From contig NC_043014.1 in the NCBI RefSeq assembly GCF_006345805.1, positions 49,290,001 to 49,354,000 on the forward strand: a stretch of 64,000 nucleotides of DNA, in the 5' to 3' direction. The position numbers and the translations under genes were made by a program. Shown piece after piece: positions 15,089-28,805 of this stretch; the stretch's first letter is position 1, and each line of letters starts with the position of its first letter. Below the pieces are notes generated by a model. It had not been told where the DNA came from. It made no database searches and saw only the letters and a list, made by a program, of their open reading frames with translations. The DNA comes from Octopus sinensis (taxonomy: Eukaryota).

Positions 15089-15124
<36 letters not shown>

Positions 15125-15196
15125 GTTATTGTTGTTGTTGTTCTTCTTCTTCTTCTTCTTGTTATTATTATTATTATTTATTATTATTATTATTAC

Positions 15197-15239
<43 letters not shown>

Positions 15240-15292
15240 GTTATTGTTATTGTTCTTCTTATTATTATTATCATTTTATTATTATTATCATT

Positions 15293-15333
<41 letters not shown>

Positions 15334-15911
15334 TATTATTATCAGTTCTCCATCTAAAGAAACCAGGTTACCTACTTATCCAATCTGGTCTGTATTTACA
15401 TTGAAATTTCTCAGACTGCATTCTACCACTTATCTGCCAACAGAGTGTTGGGTCCTTAACACCACCTACCCCTTAATTAGAATGTTTTTGCAACCAGATT
15501 GTTCTCAATGTTAGGGTGGAGTTTCTTATTCTTGCATTTCCCCTTCTACTGCCATCTCCTCCACCTTCTGCCTTAGATTTGGTTATTCTGTCTTATCTGC
15601 CACCACCACCACCACCTCCACCACCACTAAAACTTCCACCACCACTACCACCAGAAGAAGAAGAAGAGATGTCTCAGGCAGACACCAGCATGTTAGATAT
15701 ATCTCCCTAATTGCTTTACAAGATGCTGTTCTTATTGTATGAAGGAGATGCAAGATAAATATCTCCCTGGATAGGACATTTTTTTTTATTGGGTGTAGCT
15801 CTTGTCTTTGTTATTACTGCATTTGGCTTCTCAAGCCAACATTAAATTTACAGTGCTACCACTGACTACAACTAGGAATTTATCATACTGTGTATTATAT
15901 ATATATGTATG

Positions 15912-15980
<69 letters not shown>

Positions 15981-16155
15981 TAAATAATTAGGGTTCAGCA
16001 AAGATTTTCTTTACCACATGTGGTAAAGCAAATCTTTGCTGAACCCTAATTATTTAGTATTACTTAAGTTTACCATGAAATGGTACTTTTTTCATGCCGA
16101 ATTCTACATGGTGAAATTATTGATTACTTCTTAATTAATTAATTTTACCCTTTGT

Positions 16156-16208
<53 letters not shown>

Positions 16209-16905
16209 CGCAGGAGTGGCTGTGTGGTAACTTGCTTACCAACCACATGGTTCCGGGTTCAGTCCCACTGTGTAGCACCTTGGGCAAGTGTCTTCTACTA
16301 TAGCCTCGGGCTGACCAAAACCTTGTGAGTGGATTTGGTAGACGGAAACTGAAAGAAGCCTGTCGTATATATGTATATATATATGTGTGTGTGTTTGCTG
16401 TCTGTGTATGTCTCCCCAACATCGCTTGACAACTGATGCTGGTGTGGTTACATCCCCGTAACTTAGCGGTTCAGCAAAAGACACGGATAGAATAAGTACT
16501 AGGCTTTCAAAGAATAAGTCCTGGGGTCGATTTGCTCAACTAAAGGCAGTGCTCCAGCATGGCCACAGTCAAATGACTGAAACAAGTAAAAGAGTAAAGA
16601 GTAAAAGAGTATATAAAAATCTATATACACATAATGATTCATAAATATAAATATATAAAAGTGTAACTCCATAAATGTACTTGTGATGTCCGAGTGAAGA
16701 GGGTGATAAAGTGGATGCAAAATGATTCATAAGGTGTCAGAAACCTGTATAAAGTCATCATTCAGATTTCGCAAGTACATTTATGGACTTGCACTTTTAT
16801 ATATATTTATATTTATGAATTTTTATGCGTTTATAGATTTTTATATACTCTTTACTCTTTTGCTTGTTTCAGTCATGATATATAAAATGTGGGAGCATGT
16901 ATATA

Positions 16906-16937
<32 letters not shown>

Positions 16938-17154
16938 CTCTCTTTTAGTCTTTTACTTGTTTCAGTCATTTGACTGCGGCCATGCTGGAGCACCACCTTT
17001 AGTTGAGCAAATCGACCCCAGGACTTATTCTTTGTAAGCCTAGTACTTATTCTATCGGTCTCTTCTGCCGAACTGCTAAGTTATGGGGATGTAAACACAC
17101 CACCACTAGTTGTCAAGTGATGTTGCGGGAACAAATTCAGACACACAAACATAC

Positions 17155-17211
<57 letters not shown>

Positions 17212-20200
17212 TACGACGGGCTTCTTTCAGTTTCTGTCTACTAAATCAACCCACAAGGCTTTAGTCGGCACAAGGCTATAGTAGAAGACACTTACCCAAG
17301 TTGCCACACAGTGGGACTGAACCTGGAACCATGTAGTTCGTAAGCAGGCTAATAACCACACAGCCACTCCATTGTAAATGTAAAATAACGAAGACTGTTA
17401 TATGCTATATAAAACGAAAAAGGAAAAAAATTCAGTTGTCACTAATTATAACTGACAGTACAGGGTAGTACCAAGCTTGCTAGAAATAAGAGCTAAAAGC
17501 CCTTACAGCCACAAAGAAGCACATGTCTATGTACTGACAGGGGAGATAACCACCCCACAGCAGGTGAGATTGTCATACTATAATAATAATAATAATTGTG
17601 TACAGTGCTCAGGTGCACTACAACTCATCTAAAGTGTATATATAATCAGGTGTAGTTTCGGCGGATTTCGGAAAGCATGAGGGCCTTAAAGGATGCAGTG
17701 TCATGGCAGTCAACAACTGATGCAGGCAGTTTATTCCATGCTTCAGCAACCTGAGCGTGAAAAAATGTTTCCGAAAGTCATGGGAGCTGTATTGTTTTCT
17801 GACTTTGTAGGCATGTCCACGTGTGTTAGACACATGGAGATCAAAAAGGTGTTCAGTGTTGTTGTTGGTGAGGTGGTTGATAACTTTGTGGGTGTTTACC
17901 AAGTCCGTCGCCAAACGCCGGAGCTTCAGTGAATCCATGCCCAGGGAAACAAGGCGCTCAGAATATGGTAGGTGTCTGATGGAGGGTATGCGTTTGGTTG
18001 CACGTCTCTGGACAGATTCCAGGAGGTCAATGTTCTGTGCAAGATAGGGGTTCCAAACTGATGATGCGAATTCCAAGTGTGGTCGTACCATAGCTGTATA
18101 CAGTTTTAAATAGATGGCTGGAGAGCGGCTAACAAAAGACCTGCTGAGTGATGCCAAGACACCCTCGGCCTTCCTGACAATCTTAGAGATATGCTTTGAC
18201 CAACGCAAATCACTGCTGACAGTGATGCCTAGGTCACGCTCGCAAGAGGATTTCTTGATATCAGTGTTGTGGAGGGAGTATGTGAACGCAGGGTTTTTTC
18301 TCCCAAAATGCATGGTGGTACACTTGTCCACAGCCAGTTTCAGTTGCCAGTCTGTGATCCATTGCTGCATTGTGTCTAGGTCTGATTGCAGGAAAGAGTT
18401 GTAGACATCAGGATCTGTCCTCTTGATTTCAAGGTACAGCTTGATGTCGTCTGCATATTTCAATACTGTGGCATTCTTTAAATTGGCATCTATGTCGTTA
18501 ATGTATGCCACAAACAAGAGGGGACCAAGGACAGATCCCTGTGGTACACCCGATGACATCTCATATGGTGTAGAGTGCTGTCCTAGAACTGTGACTACCT
18601 CCTTTCGGCTGAGGATGAAGGATTTCAACCAGTTAAAAAGGTCATCCCCCACACCCATTGCAGAGAGTTTCACCATAAGCCTTTTGTGTGGCACAGAGTT
18701 GAAAGCCTTAGCAAAGTCAAGGTAGACAACATCCACCCATGAGCCACTGTCAGTAATCTGAGTAATGTCCTCAAGGAACTCGACAAGCTGGTCACTGCAG
18801 CTGGAGTTAGGGACAAATCCATATTGTGAGGGTCGGATGAGACTGTGAGAGCTCCAGAAGTTCCAGAGTGTTTCTCTGACACACGATTCCATCAGTTTTG
18901 CAATACAGCTAGTGAGACTGACTGGGCGATAGTTGACAGGTGATGTGCGGTCGCCCTTTTTGAACAGAGGAATGACACTGGCAGTTTTCCACTGCTCCGG
19001 AGTAGCACCATTGTTGAGACAGTACTGGAAGAAAATAGAAAGCTGGTGTAAAAGGAAGTGCCTGCCACGTTTGAGAAGCAGGTATGTAACTCCATCGAGA
19101 CCAGGGGAGGCATAGTTGCGCTTATTTTGAAGGTGACGTCGCAGCATTGCAGGTGTAAATTCCATAGTTGTTATGGAGTTTGCTGTTAGTGATGGTGAAG
19201 ATGGTACATTTTGACTTTCAACAGTGAATATGTTTGCATAGCACTCGGCAATGAGTTCTGCGCATTCCTTGGGGTCGTCAGTGATCTGGTTTGTGTGAGG
19301 GTTGCGAAGAGGGCCCACTGGAGAGTGAGGTCTCTGCTTTGAGTGCACATATTTCCAGAAAACCTTGCTGTCAGGATTGGCTGCTATGCACTGTTCAAAT
19401 TCAAGCACTGCTTTTTTTGTCACTTGCTTGAGATGGTTGGAGGATTTATTCCGCTTCTTCCTGTTGGTGTCTGATTTATGCAACCTGTATTCCCGTTCAG
19501 CAGTCCGACGTTCCCTCCTGGCAAGTCGGACCGCTGAAGTTTCCCAAATTGCCCTTTTGGGGCGGTTCTTCTTTTTTTGTTTACGTGGCACTGATGCTGC
19601 ACATGCTGCCCATATTGAGTCCAGGATACTCTGGAGTATAGTATTCACATCTCCAGAGTTGTAGAATTCACGCCAGTTTGGGTGCTGTAGTTCAGTGTGG
19701 TACAGGTTCCAATCTGCTCTCTTCCAATCGAAGGAAGCAGATTGGAGATGGTTCAGGTTTTTGTTGCCCGCAAGAGCCAGATTGGCGATGATCATAGCAT
19801 GATCAGAGTCACCTAGAGGTTCCTCCGTAGTGCAATTGATAACCGCTTCAGGAGTTGTGGTGAAGAGCAGGTCCAAGGTGTTGTCGCCTCTTGTTGGAGA
19901 GGTGACTACTTGTGACCAGTTTGAGTCCAGCACAAGCTCAACAAAATCGTTTGCACTCTGTGGCCAATGGAAGGTCTCCCAATCGATCTCAGGATGATTG
20001 AAATCGCCTGCAATAAACACATAAGTGGCTGTTTTCCTGGCAGCAGCTCGGAGGACATTGCAAAGCTGTGTGTCCCGATGGTAACTTGGGGGACGATAAA
20101 CAACGCCAAGCAGGAGTGTTGACATGGTCATACGCACGTCACAGAAAAAAACTTCTTCTTGTGATTCGTTCAAATCGGCACAAGGAATTACCAAAAAATT

Positions 20201-22690
20201 TGAACGAACGTAGACCATCACACCACCACCACGGCGGTTAGTGCGGTCCTTACGGAAGAGGTTGTACCCCGTAATGTTGAAAACCCCATCACAGAGTAAG
20301 GAATGCGCCCATGTTTCCGTGACAGTGATGAAGTCAGGGTCAACACTTCTGACGTAGGCGTTGAACAAATGTATTTTGTTGCATAAACTGCGAGCATTTA
20401 AGGACAACAATTTGTACCCTGCTCGCAGTTTATGATGGTGTGTAGAGGATGGCAGGTTGTTCTGGCTTAGTTTCCCTGAGTTGCTGTAGTCTTTTTAGTT
20501 ATTGTGGGTAGAGAGCACTCAGACCAGCTGGTATCTCTCTTCCACGTTTCAGCAGTCTTGACAAATCTCCAGATTTGTCCATCTTCCCGAAGACTGAAGC
20601 TTTCCTGTAGAGCTGAGTTCCTATTCAGGGAAGCCACTACACGTAGCTTCGGACGTACATCGGACGGTAAGCCTGGGCGTGTTCGGAAGGTGGTCCGATT
20701 TTCCCGCCCAGCTTTAACTGAGGCCAGATGGTAAGAGGTTGCCTCAGTGGGGTCCGTAAAAGACAACTTGATGAGCCTAGGTTTTGGGCCAGGTCGTCCA
20801 AGGCGGATAGCACCCGTTGGGGGAACGCAGCCTAGGTCTTTGGCTGAGTTGGCAGCAAAAGCCTGAAGATCAGCCATGTCTTCTGGCACCCCAATGGCAA
20901 TGACTTCATGGGTGGCAGAATCCGCGGTCTTAAATGCGACAAGAGGTACAGGTACAGGGAGGTTCTTTAGCAGAGCATTCCGATAAGACCCCTCATTGTG
21001 GAGTCCAACCTGAATGGTTGCTTTTATTCCTGCTACTTCCCCTTTTAAAGCACAGATCGATTGTTGCAGTTCTGCAAGAACCGCACTGGTCAATTGGTGT
21101 TGTTGTTGTTGCTGCTGTTGCTCTGGTTGTGGTTGATTTTGTTGTTGCTGTTGTTGTTGTTGATGTTGTTGTTGCTGCTGCTCTGGTTGTGGTTGATTTT
21201 GTTGTTGCTGCTGCTCTGGTTGTGGTTGATTTTGTTGTTGCTGCTGCTGCTGCTCTAGTTGTTGCTGCTGTTGTTGTTGCTGCTGCTCTGGTTGTGGTTG
21301 ATTTTGTTGTTGCTGCTGTTGCTGTTCCGCCTCCTCCACGGGAGTGGCAGGGGGAGACACAATCGTCGGTTGTGGAGGCACGCAGGCCTGACACTGAAAA
21401 GTCCAAGATTTAAGCTGAACCATCTTCCAGAGTCTATCCATCATAGCATTATGATGGCTCTTTTTTTGGCCTGGGATCTTCTGAAAGTCCGTGGCACATT
21501 GGAGGCAGACAGAGATGAGACATGTCCCACATTCGACCCAGCGATTACGGAACGTATTTTCGGGTTCCGTACAGATGTGGCAGGTGTGATTTTCTGGGCA
21601 GTGTTCTATTTTAGAGCAGCGACCAGTCTTATCGCACGCCGCTATGGATTTCACCATGGCGATTCTGTTGGTTCTGGTCATCCGTAGAGACAGAAAATGT
21701 AAACAACAATACGATAAAAGTAAAATATAAAATATTTGTTTTTGATTCGTTCTTTTTTGTGTATATTCCTTGTTCTTAAATATTGTGTGTGTATATACAC
21801 ATGTTTCGTTCTTTTTTGTGTATATTCCTTTTTTTCTTAAATATTGCGTGTGTATACATAAAAGTATTTGTGCGTATAGACACGGAGAAAGTTTGTAAAC
21901 AGAAATGAAATTTTTGATTTTTTTTTGCAGTGTAGTCCGTCACATTAAATAGTGTGATTTATTTTCACTCTGCACGTATATACATGTGTGCTACAAGTAT
22001 CTATGTATGTATGTATGTCACTGCTTTATAAATTTTGGACGTACTTACTGTCGTTCAACGATTTCTTTTACCCTCAACTACACGTGGTGAATTCTTCCAT
22101 TGTAGATCTGTGGTGGTCATCGTCGTAATATTTTCTCTTTAGTTTCCTCGCCAAATTGATTATACCCTAATCAAACCATTTGTTTGTCTACTTGTGAATG
22201 TGTCTTTGTTTTAGTAACATTGTATTTTCCTCCTTTTCCTTTTTCATTCCCATATTATATGGAACTTCGGTGGACAGCTACTCTAAGACTCCAGCTGCCA
22301 GGTCGCCATCATGGAATTACTAGTCTAGTTTCACTTAAAATTAAAGCTCATCAGTGGTGACTGCTCCATCTCTGGATGGTTTGGCTAAAATGCAACTGTC
22401 AGTATATAGTAACCACATTCATATATACTGGTGGTTGGGTTTAAGCCAGATAATCTACTGATGAGCTTTAATTTTAAGCGAAATTAGGCTAATTATTGTG
22501 ATTGTATCAAGTTATACTTACAAAAGCTTTTAAATATATATTTTTCACATCTAAAACAGTTCTTTACATTCTTTCTTTCAGATTGGCGATGGAGAATATA
22601 TGGCAGTTTTCCACCAAATAATTTTACCATTGGCTTATCAGGTCAGTAACAATATAATTATTATTATCATTATTATTATTATTATTATTA

Positions 22691-22755
<65 letters not shown>

Positions 22756-23573
22756 GTAGTGAGCTGGCAAAATTGTTAGCACACCAGGTAAAATGCTTAG
22801 CAGTATTGTACCTGGCCTTGCATTCTGTGTTGAAATTTCTCTGAGGTCGACTTTGCTTTCATCCTTTTGGTGTTGATAAATTAAGTACCAGTAAAACGCT
22901 GGTGTTGATGTAATCAACTAACCTTCTCCAACAAAAACTTCAGGCCTTGTGTCTTCAGTAAAATGGATTATTATCATCATATCGTCATTATTATTATTTT
23001 GATTATTGAGTGAGAGAGCAGTGCATGCTATCAAAGTGACACTGGGATAAAATATACGAAGTCCAGTATACACATCATGACTACCTGTCTGATAAGGGTA
23101 CACTAGGCACATGCAGCACGACCATATGTGCGCAACTTGGTGATCTCATATCAAGATAAACAGCACATGACCTTGCAGGTGGGGCCCAGTTAGAATTTTC
23201 TTCAGGTTGAGTCCCTGAATAAGAATTGTTTAAGGGTGTTGAAAGAACCACCCATGTTTCCAAAGGTGAATTATCCAAACCCCAAAGAATCCCTCTTAAC
23301 ACATGGCTATGATGCTCCCCCACTACTTATGCTTGTGATCAGAGATGCACATATCGTCAGCCACTAAGGGACATGCTCAACTGGTTACGGTCAAACAACT
23401 GACAAGCAAATCTGTGGTATTGAGCAGAATATTTGCTTTAACCCATCTTTTATACCAAGACAAAACAATGTACATGATAACACTTTGAACCAGTTAAGAT
23501 CAGAAGCCATGAGAGCCACTGCCTGGTACTGCATCAAGGCATTTATTATTATTATTAGTATTAGTTATAGTAT

Positions 23574-23626
<53 letters not shown>

Positions 23627-23681
23627 TGATTGTTGTTGTTGTTATTATTAATTAATATTATCATCATCATCATCATCATCA

Positions 23682-23730
<49 letters not shown>

Positions 23731-25324
23731 GTTTCTTAAACTGATGTCTGCTGTCTCTGAATGTAATCATGATTCTCTAGCTTTATTTGCAATCATCTAA
23801 TTTTCATTGCAACCCACTAAACTCGTCTCTTTTTCTTTCCTTTCAGTTTGGTCCTCAACTAGTTGTGCTGTCTGCCAAACTAAGTTCCCAGAAACTGGTA
23901 AATAATCATAATTCAACTGATATGCACTTTCTTTAAATTTTAACCCTTTCAATGTCAATCAGCTTTTAGTGTAATCTTACGCTTCCATTTCCATTCTACT
24001 GCTTCTCCTACCCACTCCCTATCAGCCTTTCTCAGCACATGACCCAACCAACTTAACCCATTTCTTTCTATTGTGGAAGCACATGGCCTAGTGGTTAGAG
24101 CAGCGGACTCGCGGTCGAGAGATCACGGGTTCGAATCTCAGACAGGGCGATGTGTGTGTTTATGGGTGAAACACCTAAGCTCCACGCGGCTCCGGCAGAA
24201 GGTAATGGCGAACTTCTACTGACTCTTTCGCCACAACTTCCTCTCACTCTTTCCTCCTGCGACGGACCAGCGTCCCATCCAGGTGGGGAACCTATATGCC
24301 AAGGGAACTGGAAAACTGGCCCTTATGGGCCAGGCATGGCTCGAGAAGGAACATTTCTTTCTATGATATCCATCTCTAGCCCTGTCTCTATCTGGTGTAA
24401 TCTTGTGGCCATGTATAAATGAAAGTGAACATGATCAAAACATTTTCTACTGGTACTACAGATAAATAGTTCTTTTACAAACTGGTTTCACAGCAAAACT
24501 AAATACATATGTTTAGGGAGTCCATATACTTATTTATTTACATCTCTTGCTTGAATGATTATCATGCTTATCATGGGGTCCTTTTGAGGCAGTATCTTAC
24601 ATTTGGATGCTCTTTCTCATGTCAAGCTTTTCGGTTGCTTCTTATGACACTTTCATTTATAGGCTACTAGCAGTATCGCCCGGCGTTGCTCGGGTTTGTA
24701 AGGGAAATAACTATATAAGCATTTTTAGAGAGTTACTTCCCTTATATAACCCGAGCAAAAATCATTAAAAAGGCAGAAAAATTATGGTAATTTTTTTATT
24801 AAATCGTAGACTCATCGTAGACGCGTGCTAATACCCAGAAGGGCTTGATATGAATGACGACTATAAGATACCCGCTTTTGGTTAAACTGCACCACAAAAT
24901 GTGGGAGTAGTTAGGAATCTAAATCGGAGGAGACAGAGTCTCACACACACAACTTCAATTTTATATATAAAGATGTGATGCATGTTGCATGGTTGGATAA
25001 AGTTAGAGAGGAATGAAAGGTCATGTCATTTGCATGTGGTCACTCTTTTGATGTCATGGTTGTCCATGTCATTTAGATCTTTTACTAATTATTGCTGCTG
25101 GTTACTCACTCCTGCACCATTATGTAAATGAGCTGTGTCAGTATTCAATAAATAACTTACTGCCACTGTATCACAGTTTGGAAGGAAAAGGGAAAGGAGA
25201 ACATTGATGATTTGTTAAATAACAACCCTGATGGAATATATCCTGCTCCTCCTCCTCATCATCAAATGTCCATCTTCCATGCTTAGACAAGATTGATGGC
25301 TGGCATAAATTTTTATATATATAC

Positions 25325-25360
<36 letters not shown>

Positions 25361-25543
25361 AGAGTTTACGAGAAAAACAAAAGACGAAGACAGGTGGTGT
25401 AGAAAACAAACAGATGTATTAGTATAACGCTCAGGAATAGAAAAAGTATTTTACGTTTCGAGCCTATGCTCTTCTACAGAAAGGGACACAGAAAGAAACA
25501 AGGAGAGAAAAAAATGTGTGTAGTGGCTAACAATCTATCATGG

Positions 25544-25604
<61 letters not shown>

Positions 25605-26810
25605 GGAGAGATAGATTTATGTATGTATACATTTTTAAGTAACTCTATATAATCTCGAATTTCTCTTTCTTTAGCTCCCACTCACTTCTACTGGACTTAG
25701 TCATCTTGTTCATCTGTTGAAGGTTTTAGCAGCAGGAAAACTGATCCTTTTTGTCGAGGTAAGATCATTATCATTGTTATTATTATTTTTGTTGTTGTTG
25801 TTGTTGTTGTTATCGACTTCCCTCTCTCTTAAAAAAACTGGTGGCCCTGAGCCAAAGCTTGAAACCATTGTTATTTCTTCTTCTCCTCTTACTCCTTTTT
25901 TACTGTCAACTTTATTGTCTCATCATCATCATCATCATCATCATTTAGCGTCCGTTTCCCCCCCCCCCGGACGCTAAATGATGATGATGATGATGATGAT
26001 GAGACAATAAAGTTGACAGTAAAAAAGGAGTAAGAGGAGAAGAAGAAATAACAATGGTTTCAAGCTTTATATATATTTATGCATATATCATATCGATATA
26101 TGTATGTATGTACGTATGTATACATGTATGTATGTATACATGTATGTATGTATGTATACATGTATGTATGTATGTATACATGTATGTATATATGTATGTA
26201 TACATGTATGTATATATGTATGTATATATGTATGTATACATGTATGTATACATGTATGTATGTATATATGTATGTATGCATGTATGTATATATGTATGTA
26301 TACATGTATGTATGTATATATGTATGTATGCATGTATGTATATATGTATGTATACATGTATGTATACATGTATGTATGTATATATGTATGTATACATGTA
26401 TGTATGTATTTATGTATGCATGTATGTATATATGTATGTATACATGTATGTATGTATGTATGTATGCATGTATGTATATATGTATGTATATATGTATGTA
26501 TACATGTATGTATACATGTATGTATGTATATATGTATGTATGCATGTATGTATATATGTATGTATACATGTATGTATGTATATATGTATGTATGCATGTA
26601 TGTATATATGTATGTATACATGTATGTATATATGTATGTATATATGTGTGTATATATATATGTATACATGTATGTATATATGTATGTATACATGTATGTA
26701 TGTATATATGTATGTATACATGTATGTATGTATGTATGTATACATGTATGTATGTATATATGTATGTATACATGTATGTATGTATATATGTATGTATACA
26801 TGTATGTATG

Positions 26811-26844
<34 letters not shown>

Positions 26845-28723
26845 TCTATCTGTGTCTATCTATTTCTTTGTCTGTGTGTCTGTCTTTGTGTTTATCTATC
26901 TATTTCTCTCTCTATATATATATGTACTCACACACACATACATATGTATATACATAAATATATACATATACATACAAACATACATACACACACATACACA
27001 CACACATACACAGACACATATACACATACACTTGTGTATATATCATAGGCTGATATATATATTTCTTCATTTCTATTTATTAAAAGGATGGTCAGTGTTT
27101 GACCAAGGAATGGGACCAAAATCTCGAAGCCTGTACTTTGGCACTTCTGGGAGACAAGCTGAAACCCCTAAAACTTCATGAAGTAAATAGCAGGTAAGTG
27201 TCTGTCTGTATGTCATTGAGTTCATACTGTCTTGTTTAACCCTAGGCCTGCTCTGATCTAGTCCCATGTCACTGTGCTACTATTGTTCCAATAAGGTTGC
27301 ATGCCTTCATGTATTTTACCCCATGCCGGTGGCACGTAAAAAGCACCATCCGATTGTGGCCGTTTGCCAGCCTCGTCTGGGACCTGTGCCAGTGGCACGT
27401 GAAAAGCACCCACTACACTCACGGAGTGGTTGGCGTTAGGAAGGGCATCCAGCTGTAGAAACATTGCCAGATCAGACTGGAGCCTGGTGCAGCCTTCTGG
27501 CTTCTCAGACCCCAGTTGAACTGTCCAACCCATGCTAGCATGGAAAACGGACGTTAAACGATGATGATGTACATAAGGCAGTGAGCCGGCAGAGCTGTTA
27601 ACATACCAGGCAAAATGCTTGGCAGCATTTCATCTATCTTTATATTCTGCATTCAAATACCACCATGGTCCACTTTGCCTTTCATCCTTTCAGGGTTGAT
27701 AAAATAAGTACCACTTGAGCACTGGGGTCAATGGAATCACCTAGCCCCACCTCCCCCGAAATTTCAAGCCTTATGCCTATAGTACGAAGGATTCATCATC
27801 ATCATCATCATCATCACCGTTTAACATCCGCTTTCCATGCTAGCATGGGTTGGACGATTTTGACTGAGGACTGGCGAAACAGATGGCTGCACCAGGCTCC
27901 AATTTGATCTGGCAGAGTTTCTATGTATATTATATAAGGTAGTGATCTGAAAGAATCGTTAGCACACCTGGCAGAATATTTAGTGCCATTTCGTCTATCT
28001 TTAGGTTCTGAGTTCAAATTTTACCATTGTCGACTTTGTCTTTCATCCTTTTGAAGTTAATAAAACAAGTACCACTGGATTCGATGTAGCTGGCTCCCTG
28101 ACTCTGCTTTCCATGCTAGCATGGGTTGAATGATTTGACTGAGGCCTGGCGAACCAGATGGCTGCACCAGGCTCCAATCTTGATTTGGCAGAGATTCTAC
28201 AGCTGGATGCCCTTCCTAACGCCAACCACTCCGAGAGTGTAGTGGGTGCTTTTTACGTGCCACTGTAATTATGATTATAATTGAGTGTAAGAGCAATGCA
28301 CACCATCAAAGTGACACTTGCTTGCTTGTTCCTTCTTGAGCCATGCCTGGCTCATTAGGGCCGGTTTCCCAGTTTCCTTGATGCATAGGATCCACACCTG
28401 GACAGGACGCCAGTCTGTCGCAGGTGAGCTGCAAGATGCAGGAGGAAAGAGTGAGAGAAAGTTGTGGCGAAAGAGTCAGCAGAAGTTTGCCATTATCTTC
28501 TGCCGGAGCCGCGTGGAGCTTGGGTGTTTCACTCATAAAAACACACACATCACCCGGTTTGAGATTCGAACCCGCGATCTCTCGACCGCGAGTCCACTGC
28601 TCTAACCACTAGGCCATGTGCCTCCACCAAAGTGACACCGGGGTACAAATATATGAAGCCCAATATACCCATTATGACAACACATCTGATAAGGGTACAC
28701 GAGTACCCTTTTTATTATTATTA

Positions 28724-28805
<82 letters not shown>

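Larger units (their letters stand above)
17580..21700 (-). mobile_element. Near full-length CR1-group LINE, antisense in the host intron
   Basis: ORF1 (PHD-type finger, coiled coil, RLG..KPRLIKL RRM-like motif), ORF2 (APE+RT), (ATT)n 3' tail at ~17580-17597; 5' boundary uncertain. Confidence 0.92.

Noticed and set aside
21795-21812. GAAACATGTGTA half-motif upstream of LINE ORF1 (similar half-motif near 13265-13275)
   Set aside because: No CUGANGA or stem I/II partner was found.
24075-24150. tRNA-like sequences with A and B boxes
   Set aside because: They are heads of multi-copy SINEs that continue into family-specific bodies; not called as tRNA genes.
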